Shown here: positions 37,992 to 46,375 of the stretch, piece after piece
Numbering within the stretch: the first letter of the stretch is position 1
Layout of the letters: each line of letters starts with the position of its first letter
Assembly: GCA_043775015.1 (NCBI GenBank)
Contig: JAYVSV010000029.1
Location: 6,818 to 70,817, forward strand
Direction: 5' to 3'
DNA from: Verrucomicrobiota bacterium
Lineage (GTDB): Bacteria > Verrucomicrobiota > Verrucomicrobiia > Limisphaerales > CANJXF01
Length of the DNA: 64,000 nt
Notes under the pieces: generated by a model
The model's database searches: none
Told to the model about the DNA's origin: nothing
What the model saw: only the letters and a program-made list of their open reading frames with translations
Position numbers and translations under genes: made by a program

Positions 37992-39743
37992 TTATTTTTC
38001 AAAATCTTTTGGCGAACGCAAGCTGGACTGTCCCCTGCCTTTCAACATTCTGAGTTCAAGGAGAATTTCTTGATCGGCATCGGGACGCACCGTTACGCGA
38101 GGAAATTTCATTGGAACCGGATCCAGCAAGAGAAGTTTGTTGAGTCCTGTTCTTAACGGCGACTCGTATCCGGTTGAATTCACATCTGCAAATTCGCCTT
38201 TGAGCAACCGAACTTTAACTCTGTTGCCCCATCGAAGTTGGTTTCCATTGTGGACTGGCTCGCCCTGGCACCACCACCGCCATGCATTTGAATTCTTGCG
38301 GAAAATTCTCACCGTGCGATCCGAACGATTCAGTTCGATTTGCAGAAGATTCGTTGGCGAATTTCCGTAGCGAACCAAAACGCGTGACGCATCGTCTTCA
38401 AAGCTTTGCAGTTTTAAATCAGGACTCGGATCACCTATTCCCGGTTCAATCAAAACCGTTTGTCCGCCCGCATGAACGGCGAGTTGCCCTTTGCTGACGC
38501 CAACCAACAAATCTCCCGGCTGCCACGACGCACGCGCGTAGATTTCTTCCACCGATGGAAATTGATACGACAGTTTTTTGTCATCATCTCTCAACGGCAC
38601 GCTTGAGTCGCACCAGAGATAAGCATACCCGCCCAATTCAAAAAGCAACTGTTCGCCGTGCGGAGTGATGGCGCGAGTTTTTTGGATTTGTCCAAGAGAA
38701 TGGTCCCACTGCGCCAGATATTGAAAGATCGGACGGCGATATTCGCGCGCTAAAAACAAAAGGATCGGCGCGTAGTAATCTAGCTGGCCATAGTAGGGTT
38801 CGAGAATCACGTTCGCGTGGCTTTGCTCGTACCCGGGAAATTTTTCCGTCGCGATGGTCGCAAGCGCGAGATCGGCGCTCATTTGCTTTTCATATTTTTT
38901 GAAAAGATCGCGACCCGTCACGCGACGAAGGGCATCGAGGAAAAAGATTCTCGATTGCATGGTCGAAGCCCAGAACGTTCCGCCTTCGATTTGCGCTCCG
39001 TCCGGCGCAAGTCCATTGGGCAACAAATGCTCCTCAAATTTTTTCACGGTAGCCTCAACCCAAATTTTAGCTTTCGGCTCTTCGTTCAAAAGCACAAGTG
39101 CTGCGATTCCAAACGAACTCCATTCGACAATAGCGTGATGCGTATAAAAACCGGTGCCGGCGATAGTTGGAGTCTGAAAATATTTTTCAAAATATAAATC
39201 AGCGATGCGCTCAAGCGTATCCCGGATTTCCTTCCGTTCCAGTTCGGTGAAGCGGTCATAAACGATGTCATATCCAACCGCCATTCCTTTGAGCAGTCGG
39301 GAAACGGCATACGCTTTTCCCCCGTCGGGCGTGCCATCGGCTTCGCTTTTCCAAGCGCGACAACTCGCAAGCACCCACCGTCGCGCCGCCTCGCCGTATT
39401 CCTTTTTGCCGCTCAACGCGTAAGCAAACGAGAGATGTTCGGTAATCGCGAGGTCGCCCATGATCGCGTAGAAACGGTCGTAAAGATTTTCGTAAACTGG
39501 ATCGGGAGAAACCGGCGCAATCCAATTTGCGCGCGGAGTTTTGGTCAAACACCAGTCAGCGGATTCGATCAAGTTTTTGTAAATTTTCGCGTGAAGACGC
39601 TCGCTCCGTAACTGGCGAAGTTTCGGCAACTCTTGTGCGGTAAAATAAAGGCGCGGATGAGAAGAGTTTTTTCCGGAGTTCGATTCGCCGAAAGCCAGTG
39701 AGATGGAAAACAAATTTAGCGCGAACAGAAATAAAAGTTTCAT
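37992..39743 (-). CDS. Secreted DUF4962/heparinase II-III-like polysaccharide lyase
   Basis: HPRLYFT, (alpha/alpha) toroid helices, DG..IEG..FW and YARASW; signal peptide. Confidence 0.65.
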   Translation of the reverse strand: MKLLFLFALNLFSISLAFGESNSGKNSSHPRLYFTAQELPKLRQLRSERLHAKIYKNLIESADWCLTKTPRANWIAPVSPDPVYENLYDRFYAIMGDLAITEHLSFAYALSGKKEYGEAARRWVLASCRAWKSEADGTPDGGKAYAVSRLLKGMAVGYDIVYDRFTELERKEIRDTLERIADLYFEKYFQTPTIAGTGFYTHHAIVEWSSFGIAALVLLNEEPKAKIWVEATVKKFEEHLLPNGLAPDGAQIEGGTFWASTMQSRIFFLDALRRVTGRDLFKKYEKQMSADLALATIATEKFPGYEQSHANVILEPYYGQLDYYAPILLFLAREYRRPIFQYLAQWDHSLGQIQKTRAITPHGEQLLFELGGYAYLWCDSSVPLRDDDKKLSYQFPSVEEIYARASWQPGDLLVGVSKGQLAVHAGGQTVLIEPGIGDPSPDLKLQSFEDDASRVLVRYGNSPTNLLQIELNRSDRTVRIFRKNSNAWRWWCQGEPVHNGNQLRWGNRVKVRLLKGEFADVNSTGYESPLRTGLNKLLLLDPVPMKFPRVTVRPDADQEILLELRMLKGRGQSSLRSPKDFEK

Positions 39744-39755
39744 CGCGCGAATTGT

Positions 39756-40826
39756 TTACGCCTTCGCCTTGAGCTTTGTCTGTGTAGCAATCGTGTCCAG
39801 ATCGACAATCGCCGCGCGGTCCCCCGCTCTTTTTACCAGCTCACAAATCAAATCAATGGCTTTGAACTCGGGGTCTTTCGCGGAAAGCACTGCGGGATGA
39901 GCGAGGAAATCATAAACCGCGCGATTCTCAATCGTCCATTCAACGCCAAGACGAATTGCTTTGAGAAAATCTTTCAGTTCCCACCGCCCGTTGCGAAACG
40001 CGCCAATATCGCTGATTGGATTCATTGGAATATCAATCAGACCGCTCGGATAAATAAACGGCTGCGCGTCCATTTGCGCTCTGACGATATCGTCGAAAAC
40101 TTCTATTGTGGGTGATGATCCTGGATTGCCGTACAAGTGCGCCGGATATTTGCAACTGATCCATTTAAAACCCAAATCCAAAAACATCTGCTGCACATCT
40201 GGACGCGGGGTCAATCCATCCGCAAAACCTCCGGGCGTGCGAAAGCCTGCTGGTTCGATGCCGAGACGGGTCTTGATGGCCGCGCTCGCCAATTGAACAT
40301 TTTCGCGAATGACATCCATCGGTTTCCGTCCCTCGACCAGCCATGGCGCGCGTTTGAAAATGTATTGAACTTCGTCCAGCGTCTGCGCTCGAACGTAAAC
40401 GTGGTCGTAAGTGTGGTTGCCAATGCGATGGCCCATCGCCAGAATTTCTTTCAGCCAATCGACGTTTTCCTGTTCCAACGCACGGGCGACGAGGAAAAAA
40501 TGAATCACGCCGCCAGCCGCTTTCACGCGCCGCGCCGCCTCCACTGCATATTTCTTCAATTCGTCGTTCAGATTCCCCTTTTCGAAATCCCAATGCGTGT
40601 CCTCCCAATTTGGGAAATTACGCGCCATTTCCAAATCAAGAGTGATGGCAATGAGCGCTTTCTTCGCTGAATTTTGCTGCTGTTCCTGCGCGAATATTTT
40701 TTTGGCGAAAAGAATTCCGCCGGTCGCCAACGCAGAAGTTTTTAGAAAATCGCGGCGTGAATAATCGTTGGGTAAAACCTGCGTCCGGCGGGTGCGAAGG
40801 GACGAGTTTTTCAAAAGTGCATTCAT
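39756..40826 (-). CDS. Polysaccharide deacetylase (NodB/CE4-like), Tat-exported
   Basis: SRRDFLK signal, ITLDLE, GNHTYDH, GFRTPGG and FLAHP. Confidence 0.85.
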   Translation of the reverse strand: MNALLKNSSLRTRRTQVLPNDYSRRDFLKTSALATGGILFAKKIFAQEQQQNSAKKALIAITLDLEMARNFPNWEDTHWDFEKGNLNDELKKYAVEAARRVKAAGGVIHFFLVARALEQENVDWLKEILAMGHRIGNHTYDHVYVRAQTLDEVQYIFKRAPWLVEGRKPMDVIRENVQLASAAIKTRLGIEPAGFRTPGGFADGLTPRPDVQQMFLDLGFKWISCKYPAHLYGNPGSSPTIEVFDDIVRAQMDAQPFIYPSGLIDIPMNPISDIGAFRNGRWELKDFLKAIRLGVEWTIENRAVYDFLAHPAVLSAKDPEFKAIDLICELVKRAGDRAAIVDLDTIATQTKLKAKA

Positions 40827-40851
40827 AAAAATATTTTACAATTTCTCGCGT

Positions 40852-41943
40852 TCACTTCTCACCAACACTCGCTCGCGAGACGCGGGCGCTCCCCTCATAT
40901 TTGATCCATGAAATCTGCGTGATGAGCTGGTTAATCGACGCAAACGAAATATGCGCGCTCGTTGTAAAACGCGGCGTGGCGGCGGCGGGAAAGGTCGCCA
41001 ACGTCGTGTCGCCAACCAGGAAAACGTTGAAGTCTTTTGAAAGATTTTCGTAGCCGGCGCATGTCCGCGCGTAACACATGTCAGTCGCGTAGCCCGTGAG
41101 CAGCACATGTCGGATTCCATTTTCCTCGAGAAATTTCTTCAATGCCGGATAACCTTCGCCATCGTAAATAACGACATCATCCGGCTTGAGGTCGATATCG
41201 GTGGTGACGGGAATGGGCAATTGCCAAAACCCTTTCGGGTCATATTTGTCACCGGCATCCAGACCGGGAAATTGTTTGAAATAATCCACCACCGGCTTGT
41301 CGCTCGACAGCTTCAGCGCTGAAACCAGCGGTTCGCCGCGATAATTAAAGTTCGTCAGTTTTGCGTTCAACTCCCTTTTTCCTTCCGCGCGCTCGGTCTC
41401 ACCCGGTTTGCCACGAAAAGATCGGTACAGCTTTTTACGAATCGGATCTTCGTTCCCTGGTAAGCTAACCAAGATCAGACTGACTTTTCCCCGGAGCGAT
41501 TTCAAAAATGGATTGATGACGCCACGCGTGTGTTTGGCGGCGAGATGGTTTTTTTGCGGCGTGCAAAAATCGGCGACGCCCGCTGGCTCCGGCGTATTCC
41601 AACCTTGCCCGTCGTCGATTCCCCACGGATGAACCATGATGATCGCCGTCTCTTTCGCGCGAAGTTTGTTCGGCATTTCGATGATGCCGCGCGCGTTATA
41701 GGAAAATCGCCACGCGCGCACCGACAAATCCGAATTGTCATCATTCACCAAAATGGGCGCTTCAAAACGGTTCGTCTCGCGAATCGGTTCGACCCATTCT
41801 GGAAAATCAGCGAGCAACGGTTTCGGATTTTTGATTCGTGTCAGCCGGTTTTCGTAAGTGCGCTCCTGGGCGCTTCCGCATTGCGCGAGAAGTGCGAAAA
41901 GAAAAATGAAGCCTGTAATTTTCTCGTGGAAAAAAGTTTTCAT
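40852..41943 (-). CDS. Secreted isochorismatase-like cysteine hydrolase
   Basis: Signal peptide, VLLTGYATDMC nucleophile motif and LVGD.T. Confidence 0.65.
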   Translation of the reverse strand: MKTFFHEKITGFIFLFALLAQCGSAQERTYENRLTRIKNPKPLLADFPEWVEPIRETNRFEAPILVNDDNSDLSVRAWRFSYNARGIIEMPNKLRAKETAIIMVHPWGIDDGQGWNTPEPAGVADFCTPQKNHLAAKHTRGVINPFLKSLRGKVSLILVSLPGNEDPIRKKLYRSFRGKPGETERAEGKRELNAKLTNFNYRGEPLVSALKLSSDKPVVDYFKQFPGLDAGDKYDPKGFWQLPIPVTTDIDLKPDDVVIYDGEGYPALKKFLEENGIRHVLLTGYATDMCYARTCAGYENLSKDFNVFLVGDTTLATFPAAATPRFTTSAHISFASINQLITQISWIKYEGSARVSRASVGEK

Positions 41944-41953
41944 AGACGGTTTT

Positions 41954-44900
41954 TTATTTCACAGCGACTGGTTTCTCACTCTGCAAATAACTGAACAGAT
42001 CCCGAAGCTCCTCCGGCGTGAGCGCGTGCAGCAAACCTTCCGGCATGAGCGAGACCGAAGATTCCGCAATCGAAACAATTTGGTCACGATTGAGTGTAAT
42101 TTTTTCGTTCTTCGGGCCGACAAGGGTGACGTTGTTTCCGTTCTGTTCGACAATCAAGCCGTTAAGAACACGCCCGTCCCTTGTCTCGATGTTGAAGTTC
42201 ATAAACTCTTTTCGGATCACCGCGCCCGGATCAACGATGCTCGTCAGCAGAAAATCTTTATCGGCGCGATTGGCGTGCGTAAGTTCAGGCCCGATCTTTT
42301 CCCCTTCGCCAAAGAGCTCGTGGCAACCCGCGCAACTTTTTAGAAAAACGGCATGGCCATTTTTCGCGTCGCCGGGGAAAGCGCGCAGGTCGTTGTTGAA
42401 GCGGCGAATGTCGGCGAGTTTTTCTTCCGGCGTTCCGCTGTCGATATTTCCCCAATGTTTGCGAACGAGTTGGTTGAGTTGTTTGTCGTTCAGCAAAGCA
42501 ATTTTTTGCAGTTGCTCTACAGGGACTTCGCCCGCCACATATTTTCCGTTGTCCACATTCACCAGAAAACGGCGGGACCATTCCTTGCGACTGAACATAA
42601 CATCACGAATTTTGCTGCGGACAGGCGGAGACAAGGCCGGATAGTTGGAGAGAATTTCGTCCACTGGAGCGTTGGGAATTTGTTGAAGCGCATCGAGCGC
42701 CGCCAACTGTAACGGTTCCGGTTCTCGTGGTGAAATATAACCGGGAACAACAGCGCCGCCCGGTGAAGGATTCAATTCGCCCATCAGATGCAACATCGCC
42801 GCTCGCAACGGCACGGGGTTTTGAGAATCGATGACTAATGCGAGCATTCGCTCCCGCGCCGGTTTGTAATTGAGCCGCGATAGCAGGCCGATCAACAATT
42901 CGTCGCGGGTTTCATTCTGCCAAAGAGCAACGAGTTGCTTCTGCAACGGCGCGGGAAGTTTTTCAAATTGTGAAACGCGATTGCGCTGAGGTTGATCGCG
43001 CATGCCCTGGTCAAACGCCGCGAGCATCGAGCGTTTTTCCTTTTCTGGCGCGAGAGCCATGATTCGGGCACAGGCGGATAAAGTTTTATCTGAACTCTCA
43101 GCGGCGTAACGGCGCATCAATCGCGGCAAAATTGTTTCGCGAATGATCGCCGATTTCCACGCTTTCTCCGACGTGAATAACTCCGAGATTCCGGCGACCG
43201 TTGCAACAGAATGTCTTTCGAGCGCCCACCAAAGCAGCAGTGGAATGTAAGGATCCTTCGCGTCAAGATCGCGTTTTGAAATTGCGGACACGATTGAGAC
43301 GCCAGCCTTTGCGGGAACGCGTTTGGCCGTGCTGGCAAGTTGGCTGCGAACCATGACGTCGCTTTCACTCTCCGCCAGTTTCAAGAGATTTTCCGCCGTG
43401 GTTGGGGAAACCTCGTTCTCATCGCCGAGAAGTCGCACCGCCCATTTTCGAATTTGCGACAACGGATGTTTCAGCAGGTCATTGAGAAATGATTCGTCAG
43501 CGCCGCCGCTGGCGTAGAGCGCCCACAAGGATTCAAGCGCGAGTTGTTTGTCTGCTGCGGCAAAAACTTGCGCGCGAAGTTTTGGATAAATGGTCACGTC
43601 GCGGCGGTCAGCAAGAATGCGACGCGCCTTGCGGACGAACCAATTATTTTTGCCGCTGAGGTGTTCGATGAGTTGTGCGCTTGAAAGTTTTGTTAAATTA
43701 TTCGTAGCAGCCGATGTGAGGAGGCTCTGATTAATTTCGGATTTTGCAGTGAGCTTTCTCACGTCGGCTGCTACGCGATAAATACGACCGTTACTTCGGT
43801 CCCACTCCGCGTCGGGATCAGGATGCGCGGTTCGTTTGTCATACCAGTCAGCGACGTATATTGCGCCGTCCGGGCCCATGGTTAGATCACACGGAGCAAA
43901 CCAATTGTCGTTTGGAACGAGTAACTCGCCGCCGTAACTTGCTGTGAAAGTAGACCCCCATTTTTCCAGGTTGTGCCATTGCACGGTGTGGCCGAGGAGA
44001 TCATTGGCGATATATTTGCCGCGAAATATTTCTGGAAACGAATCGCCTTGATAAATAATTCCGCCGTCTGTGACGTGACCGCCGGTGAAATTTTTGTAGG
44101 GAATATGATCGAAGTAACCGTAGGTGTAAGGATTATGGAGCGCCCCGTGTTTGCCGAAACTCTTCCAATAATAACCGCCTTGCACGCCGTGGAGATTTCG
44201 ATACGGTCCCAGATTGGTGGAATAAATTAAATTTCCATCTTCATCGAAATCGAGTCCCCAGGAATTTCCGCCGCCTTCGCAAAAAAGTTCAAAGCGTTTT
44301 GAAATGGGATGATAACGCCAGACACCTTGCTGAAATTCAATGCCGCGAATGTTCGCGGTAACGGTGCTGCCCTGACATCCGTAGAGCCAACCGTCCGGCC
44401 CAAAGATCAAAGAGTTCGCGACGGAATGCGCGTCTTCCATGCCGAAACCGGTCAGCAAAACTTCAGGATCGGAATCAGGAACATCGTCGCGGTTTTTATC
44501 TGGATAAAAAAGCAAATACGGAACCTGCAAAACAAAAACGCCGCCGTGACCGAAGGCGAGTCCGCTGGCGAGATTTAATCCGCCCACAAAATCTTTGGCC
44601 TTTTGCGCACGACCATTTTCATCAAAGTCAGAGAGCATCGTGATGCGGTCTGCGCCTTTCGGTCCGCGTGGTGGCGGTTCAGGAATTTTGTCGTAAGTCG
44701 TGCGCGAGAACCGATCTACTTTGGCGCGATTGAGTCCGGCAGGATTGGGATATTGTAGATATTGAATGACCCAAAGCCGTCCGCGATCATCGAATTCGAT
44801 ACAAACCGGTTGGGCAATCATCGGCTCGCTCGCGACGAGTTGAACCTGAAAGCCATCGGCGACGGTCATTTTCGAAACGGCTTCGGAAGGTTTGTAGCCT

Positions 44901-44989
44901 TGAGCGAAAATAGAAAAATTTCCCGTTAGCAAAAGAATTCCAATCCAGAGAAACCTAAACTGTGAAATTGAAAATGCCGATGGGTTCAC
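41954..44989 (-). CDS. PVC-type heme-binding CxxCH protein (beta-propeller dehydrogenase-like, HEAT repeats, cytochrome c)
   Basis: GFQVQLVASEP, FDDRGRLWV, GPDGAIYVADWYD, CAGCH, IGPELT and SLMPEGL. Confidence 0.92.
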   Translation of the reverse strand: MNPSAFSISQFRFLWIGILLLTGNFSIFAQGYKPSEAVSKMTVADGFQVQLVASEPMIAQPVCIEFDDRGRLWVIQYLQYPNPAGLNRAKVDRFSRTTYDKIPEPPPRGPKGADRITMLSDFDENGRAQKAKDFVGGLNLASGLAFGHGGVFVLQVPYLLFYPDKNRDDVPDSDPEVLLTGFGMEDAHSVANSLIFGPDGWLYGCQGSTVTANIRGIEFQQGVWRYHPISKRFELFCEGGGNSWGLDFDEDGNLIYSTNLGPYRNLHGVQGGYYWKSFGKHGALHNPYTYGYFDHIPYKNFTGGHVTDGGIIYQGDSFPEIFRGKYIANDLLGHTVQWHNLEKWGSTFTASYGGELLVPNDNWFAPCDLTMGPDGAIYVADWYDKRTAHPDPDAEWDRSNGRIYRVAADVRKLTAKSEINQSLLTSAATNNLTKLSSAQLIEHLSGKNNWFVRKARRILADRRDVTIYPKLRAQVFAAADKQLALESLWALYASGGADESFLNDLLKHPLSQIRKWAVRLLGDENEVSPTTAENLLKLAESESDVMVRSQLASTAKRVPAKAGVSIVSAISKRDLDAKDPYIPLLLWWALERHSVATVAGISELFTSEKAWKSAIIRETILPRLMRRYAAESSDKTLSACARIMALAPEKEKRSMLAAFDQGMRDQPQRNRVSQFEKLPAPLQKQLVALWQNETRDELLIGLLSRLNYKPARERMLALVIDSQNPVPLRAAMLHLMGELNPSPGGAVVPGYISPREPEPLQLAALDALQQIPNAPVDEILSNYPALSPPVRSKIRDVMFSRKEWSRRFLVNVDNGKYVAGEVPVEQLQKIALLNDKQLNQLVRKHWGNIDSGTPEEKLADIRRFNNDLRAFPGDAKNGHAVFLKSCAGCHELFGEGEKIGPELTHANRADKDFLLTSIVDPGAVIRKEFMNFNIETRDGRVLNGLIVEQNGNNVTLVGPKNEKITLNRDQIVSIAESSVSLMPEGLLHALTPEELRDLFSYLQSEKPVAVK
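43703..43775. repeat. REPIN-like inverted repeat inserted in frame in the CxxCH protein gene
   Basis: CGTAGCAGCCGATGTGAGGAGGCTC (43703-43727) and GAGCTTTCTCACGTCGGCTGCTACG (43751-43775) match 22/25, with GTAG/CTAC ends. Confidence 0.85.
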
Positions 44990-45070
44990 GGCCAGAGTTT
45001 CGGCAGAATAATTTCCAGCCGCGAGAAGATTTTTAGAAGATCTGCAAGAATTCGATCCGCCGATTATGTT

Positions 45071-45388
45071 TTAGGCCGCTTCATCCAAAGCGACTGAAAC
45101 GCGTAATCCCAATGGTTTCAAAATTTCCTGCAAAGTCGCCAGCGTAGGATTGCCGTGCTTTGAAAGAATTTTATAAAGGCTCGGGCGTTTGAGTCCGACA
45201 CGCCCGGCCAGATCGCCCACGCCACCTGTAGCTTCCACGACATCTTTAAGCGCGATGAGGAAAGCTTCGCTGTCCTGTTGAGCCAACACTTGCGCAAGAT
45301 ATTCAGCGGCGTATTTGGGATCACGCAGCCGTTTGAGCAAATCCTCCCGATAATTTTTCAGACGCATATTTTTTTGAACTGTTGCCAT
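45071..45388 (-). CDS. Addiction-module antitoxin (HI1420-like HTH)
   Basis: AAEYL...FLIAL.DV..A.GG...LA...GL.R.SLYK.LS..GNPTL.T. Confidence 0.9.
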   Translation of the reverse strand: MATVQKNMRLKNYREDLLKRLRDPKYAAEYLAQVLAQQDSEAFLIALKDVVEATGGVGDLAGRVGLKRPSLYKILSKHGNPTLATLQEILKPLGLRVSVALDEAA

Positions 45389-45687
45389 AATTGCTGTGCG
45401 TGATGAATGTCACGCCGCTGACTGCTTTTATCGCCCCCGCCCAACAGAACTACAACTTGTTAGCCATGCAGCGCGTAATAAACGCGAAGCCCCGGCCCAA
45501 AACTGATTCGCAACTCGGAAACATCTCCGCCGACGGATTTGCAATCACCAAAATTTCCGGCGCGAACTCTCGCTAAACGCGCATCGACTGCCGCTTGCAT
45601 TCTTCTGTCGCCAAGGGAATCAAACCATTGATCAAACGGGACGACTCCGTTTTGAAGCTCCAGCTTCTTGATTTCCCTTTCAAACAT
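45358..45687 (-). pseudogene. RelE/ParE-type toxin (HI1419-like) with premature stop
   Basis: GNFGDCKSVG..VSELRI.FGPG.RVYY, then TAA at 45462-45460, then in frame QVVVLLGGGDKSSQRRDIHHAQQLW..., the conserved C-terminus. Confidence 0.88.
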
Positions 45688-45694
45688 CTGAACA

Positions 45695-45722
45695 ACTGTA
45701 ATCTATAGGTGACACGCGGCAA
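45695..45722 (-). promoter_or_regulatory. TA operon promoter with palindromic operator
   Basis: Imperfect palindrome TGTAATCTATAGGTGACA (45697-45714) overlapping TTGCCG-N16-TACAGT on the - strand, 7 nt before the toxin ATG. Confidence 0.6.
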
Positions 45723-45803
45723 GTTTAAAAAGCTTGGAGGGATGTTGGTCAACGTGCTGGCATCACTCCGTAAACAGCAGCCGTGAGAAATCTTTTGCCG
45801 GTT

Positions 45804-46031
45804 TCAACGGCGCATCAAAGAATCCCACGAGCAATCCATGGCTTTTTGTAAACGCATCACCGTGGTGAGAAGAATGTTTAACTTTCCCGCTTCGATTTTC
45901 TGGATGGTGCGCGGGTTGACTTCCATCAGTTCGGCCAGTTTTTCCTGCGTGAGTCCGTGAGCGACGCGTTCGCGGCGCACGTTCGCGCCAAAGGTGGCAA
46001 GCTGAGGAAGTTTTGAGTGGCTTTTCGGCAC
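45804..46031 (-). CDS. XRE-family HTH transcriptional regulator
   Basis: FGANVRRER...GLTQEKLAE....PRTIQKIEAG. GTG start assumed. Confidence 0.88.
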   Translation of the reverse strand: MPKSHSKLPQLATFGANVRRERVAHGLTQEKLAELMEVNPRTIQKIEAGKLNILLTTVMRLQKAMDCSWDSLMRR

Positions 46032-46129
46032 ACCGCATTGAGGCGTGAATTTCTCTTGCGCAACACCGCCCAATGGGGCGTAATCACACCGACTCACTCA
46101 GAAAAATTCCACAGGACGAAAGGAAATTG

Positions 46130-46375
46130 ATGAAACGAATTATTCTCCCAGCAATGATCGCGTTGCTTATGTGTTCAAACACGCACGCGCAAGTGAACAG
46201 CGGCAGCAACGGCAGCGATGGCGCGCTGAATCCCGCCCCTGACGGCACGTTTATTATCAACATGGCCGACCACCCGAATGGCGTTTACCACTACACGTCC
46301 GTCACCATCTCGGGGGGCGTCACGGTGACATTCATCCCAAACACCAACAACACACCAGCACGCCAGCCTATTTGA
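46130..46375 (+). pseudogene. N-terminal fragment of a secreted protein (probably the detached 5' part of the downstream ORF)
   Basis: Signal peptide followed by VNSGSNGSDGALNP...YTSVTI..GVTVTF..N.NNTP, then an abrupt stop overlapping the next ORF. Confidence 0.55.

Noticed and set aside
15631-45462. TAA stop-codon reassignment (three in-frame TAAs in the BON and toxin genes)
   Set aside because: Many intact genes here end in TAA. The BON gene also has a frameshift, and the second BON stop falls where Leu is expected. Pseudogenisation is simpler.
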